Source: Thermoproteota archaeon
GTDB taxonomy: Archaea > Thermoproteota > Thermoprotei > Thermofilales > B9-G17
Assembly: GCA_029258885.1 (NCBI GenBank)
Contig: JAPDJW010000009.1
Location: 64,001 to 128,000 of the forward strand
DNA length: 64,000 bases
Reading direction: 5' to 3'
Positions within the stretch are counted from its first letter, which is position 1. Each line of letters begins with the position of its first letter. Below, piece by piece: positions 59,601 through 64,000 of the stretch. The notes beneath the pieces were generated by a model. The model saw nothing but the letters and a program-made list of their open reading frames with translations. It was not told the origin of the DNA and searched no databases. Position numbers and translations under genes: made by a program.

Positions 59601-61310
59601 TCCAGCAAATAACACACCTTCACTTTCAGCCATCGATACAAAGCCAACATCCACAAGGTTCTCCTCAGTAATCCTACTCCAGCTTCTAGCCCCATCAGTA
59701 CTTCTAAAAGCGGAGTTACCAGTTGCAGATATGACAGTATGTTTCGACGTAACGTAAACGAAGTATTGATCCCCGCCGTCTGGACCTATATTCACCCACT
59801 CGCCGTCAAGAACCTTAACTCCTCTAGGCTGAGGTATCAGCGCAAGTACGCCCGGCAAATCGGGATCCCAGTTGTTAAAGTAAACTCTATCGGCCATTTC
59901 AGCTACTGATGCAATTTCAATCAGCTTCCTAACGTTAGTTACGTGGAGAAATTCTCTATCTGAAATCAGGTGATTCCTAACATTATCAAAGGTTATGTCG
60001 ATATTAGCGGCGTTCTCAACCCCCTCCACGCTTCGTCCAGCCACGTACTCCAGATAGCTCATGTCAGGATTAAGCCTAATCCATATACCCCTCTTCTTGA
60101 AAGCATTATAGTTAACAACAATATTCGGGAAGTCGGGCGCTGGACACATATGCTCCTTCAGGAATCCTAGCTGCATAACCTTAAGCCAGGGAGCATTAGC
60201 AACAATTTCATCGTAGTGAAACCCCATATCCCTATTATACCAGAAGTTGTATGTTTCATCTAAATCCATAATAACGCTGGGAAGCCCCGCTAAAAGACCC
60301 TTTTCACTTGCAGCCTTAATCACCAGGTAGGAATACACCTTCCTAACACGACCCTCAAGCACAACTATCCAAGGCCTAAATATGTAATCCTCATAGGGAT
60401 CTATCCTACCATTACCGTTTAGATCGGTGTTGTAGAACACTCCTCCCCCGGTATAGTCCGGCTTACCATTGCCATTATTATCGAGGTAAAAGCCTACAGT
60501 GTTATCATAGCTAAGAGTGGTAAAGTTAATGAAACACCACGTCTCGTTGCATGTACCCGGAACGTAGTTCGGATTCCTCATATCGTTCCACGGCAATCCA
60601 TCTCCATCAGCATCATAGTTCGGCTGCTTATCATCCCCATTCCTACCTAAATCGGTAGTAGTAAGGAAGTTTGTAGCAGGGCTCTCATAGAAGACTATGT
60701 ATTTAACGTTCTCAAGGCCACTACTATATCTGGCGAAAACCATAGCAGCCATAACTCCGCCGTAGGATGAGCCATACATGCCGACATTATCCGTTAAAAC
60801 CTGATAGTCGACGTAATCACCTATAGTCTTACCGGAACCACTTGCAAGTTTTCCCTGAGCAAAACGAAGCACTGAATAGAGTGCCTCATAGCATGCATCA
60901 CCCCTATAGTCGTAGATCCCACCGCTTTCAAGGTAAAGCTTTTCACCGGAAGGCGTCTTAAACGTAGTATTACCTCCTGGGAAAATAAAGTATATCCATA
61001 TTATGCCATGAGGATCCCAATCATAGTCTAGAAATGGAAAGAAGCCAGCGTATGGGCCGCCATGCACGTATACGACAACGGGAGCGGCTGAACCATATCT
61101 AGGCTCCTTAGGATAAAGCATTAAGGTAGCAACACCCTTAGATCCAGCGGAGGAACACGGTATCCAGAATATAACAGCATAAAACTTCTCAAACTCGTAT
61201 GGACCGTATTCCTCCGGAGAGGCAATTGGCTGAGCTTGAAGGAACATTAGCTGAGGTCCGGTAATTAGTAGTAATATGTATAACGATATTAAAATTCTAC
61301 GTATGTGCAT
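56688..61310 (-). CDS. Very large anchored surface protein: alpha/beta-hydrolase, BNR/Asp-box beta-propeller, Ig-like and repeat stalk, TM, poly-Pro tail
   Basis: VHGG and GSSYGG elbow; Asp boxes STDGARSW, SFDDGFSW, TVDGGRTW, SYDYGNTW; I moved the start to ATG 61310 (AGGTGA SD followed by a signal peptide). Confidence 0.7.
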   Translation of the reverse strand: MHIRRILISLYILLLITGPQLMFLQAQPIASPEEYGPYEFEKFYAVIFWIPCSSAGSKGVATLMLYPKEPRYGSAAPVVVYVHGGPYAGFFPFLDYDWDPHGIIWIYFIFPGGNTTFKTPSGEKLYLESGGIYDYRGDACYEALYSVLRFAQGKLASGSGKTIGDYVDYQVLTDNVGMYGSSYGGVMAAMVFARYSSGLENVKYIVFYESPATNFLTTTDLGRNGDDKQPNYDADGDGLPWNDMRNPNYVPGTCNETWCFINFTTLSYDNTVGFYLDNNGNGKPDYTGGGVFYNTDLNGNGRIDPYEDYIFRPWIVVLEGRVRKVYSYLVIKAASEKGLLAGLPSVIMDLDETYNFWYNRDMGFHYDEIVANAPWLKVMQLGFLKEHMCPAPDFPNIVVNYNAFKKRGIWIRLNPDMSYLEYVAGRSVEGVENAANIDITFDNVRNHLISDREFLHVTNVRKLIEIASVAEMADRVYFNNWDPDLPGVLALIPQPRGVKVLDGEWVNIGPDGGDQYFVYVTSKHTVISATGNSAFRSTDGARSWSRITEENLVDVGFVSMAESEGVLFAGAGKGGMYISFDDGFSWRRINTGDEDLEKKEFCEIASIVALSSKHLYVGIKSLNPQAKQINWIYELIYNESSGEWTAIRHALPPDVVPKNVKMIVYRLAYDPDFAGLGPTLFVSKYPSGLYMATNLTGEWKWIKLMDKATTDVDVAVDYDIVYLGTYNDWIYRGEYKHNSWKWRRIDPTEGALKPISLPIIPVISEVEVDPYNPNRVWWGTPGKLVRAYPYPEPQECVFGVFAWDPVKEEFLHSFITNGWGAFIAIDKHGEGDNPDDYTITIDGVVGAKIAYTCSYSFRCLLKTVDGGRTWNPSYSGLYGECMNQIWFLNREPFSHTFMVVCQAGIEISYDYGNTWLDCFDLPPTAIRAGFPWCALPLPQEYGYKVTVDGKDYPLDLLIITGYPGPVPGVSGKAPKRYGLIAVSIEYICEARKTGKLLVKGAVNLTSNPAVYGILVDHYVVLALQEDGVEVYDLASRSGFISNKGLPQDGGVCRIAVYRAGGRDVWVLATYEGEPTFKTEGNDHYFWDGPSRLFIAENLLTSKENTIWRQVYPSSGRTEGGIVSIVISGSGEMLALESTGKIIYCPDISSTTLSFKTLVLQPFLCSSAEQYTALRVDWNRGIVYISSVEGEGMYYAFLEDVRSSDNTVRIYRFNKGLSTRLIRHIALTPDGKYLFAGAWWSSSWRIEPIVREVAASVSIDAPEEASIGEEVYIEVTVETTGGERLSGVAVGLLVNGSIIDYGYTDEHGRAVFSIIFNESGRFEVVAQTYFGEASAIIEAVGAVLRIETGIPDMNVVVNGVTYKTDAQGIAEITGYGEYTITVADSIQVSPYERIVFRGWSTGVQDTTITVFLDRPMTLVANYARQYKLTIESQYGSPSGAGWYDAGSTAHVSIEDKVNINLFQVAVFTGWSGDVTSSQRELYITMDSPKHLVANWRVELNILNIAIVVIAIVAIGFIIVVTLGRSRKKAEVRPPPPPPPPW

Positions 61311-61509
61311 GACATCACCTAAACTAAGGTATACCTTAACTAAATCAGCGAATAAATAAACAGTAATGTTTTTAATATCGCTTACGATTAACTTCAAAAA
61401 GCTATAATATTACATACCGGAAATATAGTCAGGCATGCATCATAAGATAAATAATTTAGATAAATTAAAAATTATCTAAATAATTACGTTAAAACGGATG
61501 ATTATCTAA

Positions 61510-62343
61510 TTAGCTTCTACCGGATAAATCGAATCCCTGTTCATCGAGAAAGCCCTTAATTAATGTTAAAATATCTCTATTTCTAGCGGATATTATATTC
61601 ACCCTTTCAGATAGATTCAGCCTTATATTCTTCTCATCCTTTGATGTATATATTCTAGCTCCAGCCTCTTTTAGTATTAGGTAGGCGGCGGCTATATCAA
61701 CAACCCTCAATGTATTCCAGAAGCATACGAAGGCATCAACAGTATTGCTTGCAACATGGCAAGCCTCAATACTTGCGCATCCAAGTATCCTAACCCAAAA
61801 TCCATTTTCAATCAAATACCTAATTACCCCTATGGGTTTAAGCCCAGCTTTTCGTGGAAAAGATACGTTAGCTACGGGCTTGAAAACCGCTGGTGTAACC
61901 TCTATTTTCCTACTGTTAAGGTATGCGCCGCTACCTCTGTATCCATAGTAGACGTCGTCGGTAACCACGCTTCTAACGACGCCAGCAATTATATCAGCGA
62001 AGCTATCCCCCTTAGAGACGGCTATAGATATAGAGTATATCCCTATGCCCTTCTCAGCGTTGAGACTTCCATCGATGGGATCTATTATGAAATACAACTC
62101 AGGGCTTCTACCCTTAGTTAAGACCCCCTTCTCCTCGGAGACAATAACGTATTCGTCAAACGATGAATCTACACTCTTAACTATTGCATCCTCAACCTCT
62201 CTATCAATTCCAAGGGTAATATCGCCGGATGCGCCTACGCCCAGCCTCCTTCCAGCCTCACCACTAGCAGCTACCCTACGAGCGACTTCACGCGCCTCCT
62301 CTGAAACCTCGAGAATAAACTCTAGAATATCCCTGAAACTCAT
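61510..62343 (-). CDS. suhB: Inositol monophosphatase / FBPase family
   Basis: SEE, IIDPIDGSLN, RILGCASIE, DIAAAYLILKEAG. Confidence 0.9.
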   Translation of the reverse strand: MSFRDILEFILEVSEEAREVARRVAASGEAGRRLGVGASGDITLGIDREVEDAIVKSVDSSFDEYVIVSEEKGVLTKGRSPELYFIIDPIDGSLNAEKGIGIYSISIAVSKGDSFADIIAGVVRSVVTDDVYYGYRGSGAYLNSRKIEVTPAVFKPVANVSFPRKAGLKPIGVIRYLIENGFWVRILGCASIEACHVASNTVDAFVCFWNTLRVVDIAAAYLILKEAGARIYTSKDEKNIRLNLSERVNIISARNRDILTLIKGFLDEQGFDLSGRS

Positions 62344-62446
62344 GGTTATAGAGATACATTAATAGACTATATATTGCTTAACATGCATCCTTCAAATAGC
62401 GGCTAGCTAAATGCTTAGGCAAAGCTTATTAATTCTATAGCATTCT

Positions 62447-62472
62447 GTTAACATGTTTATAAACATGTTAAC
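62447..62472. promoter_or_regulatory. 26-bp perfect palindrome, candidate operator of the thiamine-salvage operon
   Basis: GTTAACATGTTTATAAACATGTTAAC, 9 bp upstream of ATG 62482 and downstream of an AAAGCTTATTAA BRE/TATA-like site. Confidence 0.7.
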
Positions 62473-62481
62473 GGTGGAACT

Positions 62482-63756
62482 ATGAGTTTCATACGTGCTC
62501 CACCCGAATGGGGTATTGAACCCGTACCAGAGGAGCTGAGGAAGCTTAGGCACTTCGACATAGCCGTACTATGGTCAAGCCTAGGCGTAGGTCTACTAGT
62601 AATGCAGGCAGGGGCACTGCTGGTTCAGTGGCTTAACTTATCAGTCATTGAGGCTATCATAATATCAATAGTTGGATCCATTATAGGTTCGCTTATTCTA
62701 GCGGTAGCTGGAATAATAGGCGGAAAGTATGGCGTACCCACTATGGTCAGTTTAAGGCCTATAATGGGTTTAAAGGGTAGCTATCTGCTAACTTTTCTCA
62801 ACGTTATTCAGCTTGTAGGCTGGACTACATTCGAATTCATAGTAATGGGAGATGCTGCTACAGCTATAACCGGCGAGTTTCTGGGCTCCTATACAAAGTA
62901 CTTCTGGATAACCATTGTAGCTATCTGGTGCTATCTCATGGCTACGTTAGGTCCTCTAGCTGTTGTAAGGGAGTGGCTAGAGAAGTTTGCGATATGGATA
63001 GTTTATTTATCATCGATATGGATAACTTTAAACATAACCTCAGTAATATCATTCAGCCCACAACAGTTTTCCGGTAGCATATCAGCGTTGCTTCTAGGTC
63101 TAGACCTAGTGGTTGCAATGCCTATTTCATGGATGCCTCTAATCGCCGACTACAATAGGTTTAATAGGAGTAGTCGTGAGGGAGTAATAGGTACCTTTAT
63201 TGGATATACTATTGCAAATACCTGGTTCTATTCGATGGGTGCATGCTTAGCCTACGTTTATCCTGGTGAAAGCATAGTTTACTCTATAGCGTTAATATAC
63301 CTAGGAGTCCTAGCTATACTCGGAATACTCGTGGATGAAACCGATAACGCATTTGCAGACATATATTCCTCCGCTGTTTCACTGCAAAACATCTTTCAGA
63401 AGACTAGACAATGGAAGCTAGCTCTATTCGTCACTGTTATAAGCCTCATTCTAGCATATACTATACCCATAGCTGAGTATGAGAGCTTCCTTCTCCTAAT
63501 AGGTGCCTCATTTATACCTATATTCGGGATAATGATGGGTGATGCTTTAATAATACGTAAGTTAAACTACGATGTTACCGAGTTCTATGGAAAGGCCCCC
63601 TCAATTAAATGGAGTGCAGTATTTTCGTGGATAATAGGCTTCACAGTATACTATCTCCTAAGCTACGTATTCGTTGATCTCAGCATTGGAGCAAGCATAC
63701 CCACTCTAATTATATCATTATTAATATACGTATTAATTGAGAAGGCTAGGAGGTGA
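62482..63756 (+). CDS. cytX: NCS1 purine/cytosine permease, CytX-like hydroxymethylpyrimidine transporter
   Basis: [42 protein letters not shown]; adjacent to thiD. Confidence 0.8.
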   Translation: MSFIRAPPEWGIEPVPEELRKLRHFDIAVLWSSLGVGLLVMQAGALLVQWLNLSVIEAIIISIVGSIIGSLILAVAGIIGGKYGVPTMVSLRPIMGLKGSYLLTFLNVIQLVGWTTFEFIVMGDAATAITGEFLGSYTKYFWITIVAIWCYLMATLGPLAVVREWLEKFAIWIVYLSSIWITLNITSVISFSPQQFSGSISALLLGLDLVVAMPISWMPLIADYNRFNRSSREGVIGTFIGYTIANTWFYSMGACLAYVYPGESIVYSIALIYLGVLAILGILVDETDNAFADIYSSAVSLQNIFQKTRQWKLALFVTVISLILAYTIPIAEYESFLLLIGASFIPIFGIMMGDALIIRKLNYDVTEFYGKAPSIKWSAVFSWIIGFTVYYLLSYVFVDLSIGASIPTLIISLLIYVLIEKARR

Positions 63757-63760
63757 ACAT

Positions 63761-64000
63761 ATGGACTTAAGATACGGAACCCACGGTAGAATACCCGTTG
63801 CAATGACTATAGCTGGAAGCGATTCAGGAGGAGGAGCCGGAATTGAGGCTGACCTTAAAACCTTCGCAGCCCTAGGAGTACACGGTACCGTTACATTAAC
63901 GGCAATAACTGCACAAAACACCTATTCCGTCACCGGAGTTCAAGATGTTGAGCTTGAAATTATTGCTAAGCAAATAGATGCCGTTGCCGAAGACCTAGGT
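63761..64000 (+). CDS. thiD: Hydroxymethylpyrimidine/phosphomethylpyrimidine kinase, 3'-truncated by the window edge
   Basis: My translation: [54 protein letters not shown]...; GGAGGTGA SD. Confidence 0.93.
   Translation, partial: MDLRYGTHGRIPVAMTIAGSDSGGGAGIEADLKTFAALGVHGTVTLTAITAQNTYSVTGVQDVELEIIAKQIDAVAEDLG

Noticed and set aside
61311-61397. N-terminal extension of the 1569-aa ORF
   Set aside because: ATG 61310 has an AGGTGA SD and is followed directly by a signal peptide.
61454-61481. Inverted repeat ATTTAGATAA-N8-TTATCTAAAT
   Set aside because: Very AT-rich intergenic context, so it could arise by chance; no second copy seen.
62344-62481. TPP riboswitch upstream of cytX-thiD
   Set aside because: The conserved TPP motifs (e.g. 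CTGAGA) and GC-rich stems are absent.
379-63921. Many short ORFs antisense to or overlapping the long genes (e.g. 4153-4509, 9029-9436, 29167-29619, 50164-50565)
   Set aside because: They lie within well-supported genes on the other strand or frame and show no recognisable motifs; treated as shadow ORFs.
1-64000. CRISPR array, tRNA, rRNA, transposase or integrase
   Set aside because: I saw no regularly spaced repeats, cloverleaf, rRNA-like tract or recombinase motifs on manual reading.

Overview
Archaeal chromosomal window, most consistent with a Thermoproteota (Thermofilum-like) heterotroph. This assignment is inference from GGTGA-type Shine-Dalgarno sites, BRE/TATA-like promoters, C/D-box sRNAs, TrmB, R15P isomerase and GH57 genes. 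About 45 genes are present; I saw no rRNA, tRNA, CRISPR array or transposase. Two loci stand out. (1) At 24.1-41.7 kb there is a polysaccharide-utilisation-like locus: a 1482-aa M28-peptidase-like/FtsX fusion with an altered catalytic motif, two distant OPT-like (DUF6785/6784-type) membrane proteins, two anchored surface proteins, two GH57 genes, a divergent GH-D-like hydrolase and TrmB, but no ATPase and no classical sugar ABC transporter. (2) At 1.1-7.1 kb there is a co-oriented cluster with a membrane-anchored peptidoglycan amidase, a spore-cortex-type GH18 and an amino-acid permease, in an organism that should have no peptidoglycan. Also notable: a tandem pair of an active and an apparently dead eIF2B/R15Pi-family protein, an antitoxin-toxin-antitoxin sandwich inside a maltose-1-phosphate gene pair, three C/D sRNA candidates, perfect 36-bp and 26-bp palindromes, and poly-proline cytoplasmic tails. 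All product calls are motif-based recognition without database searches.
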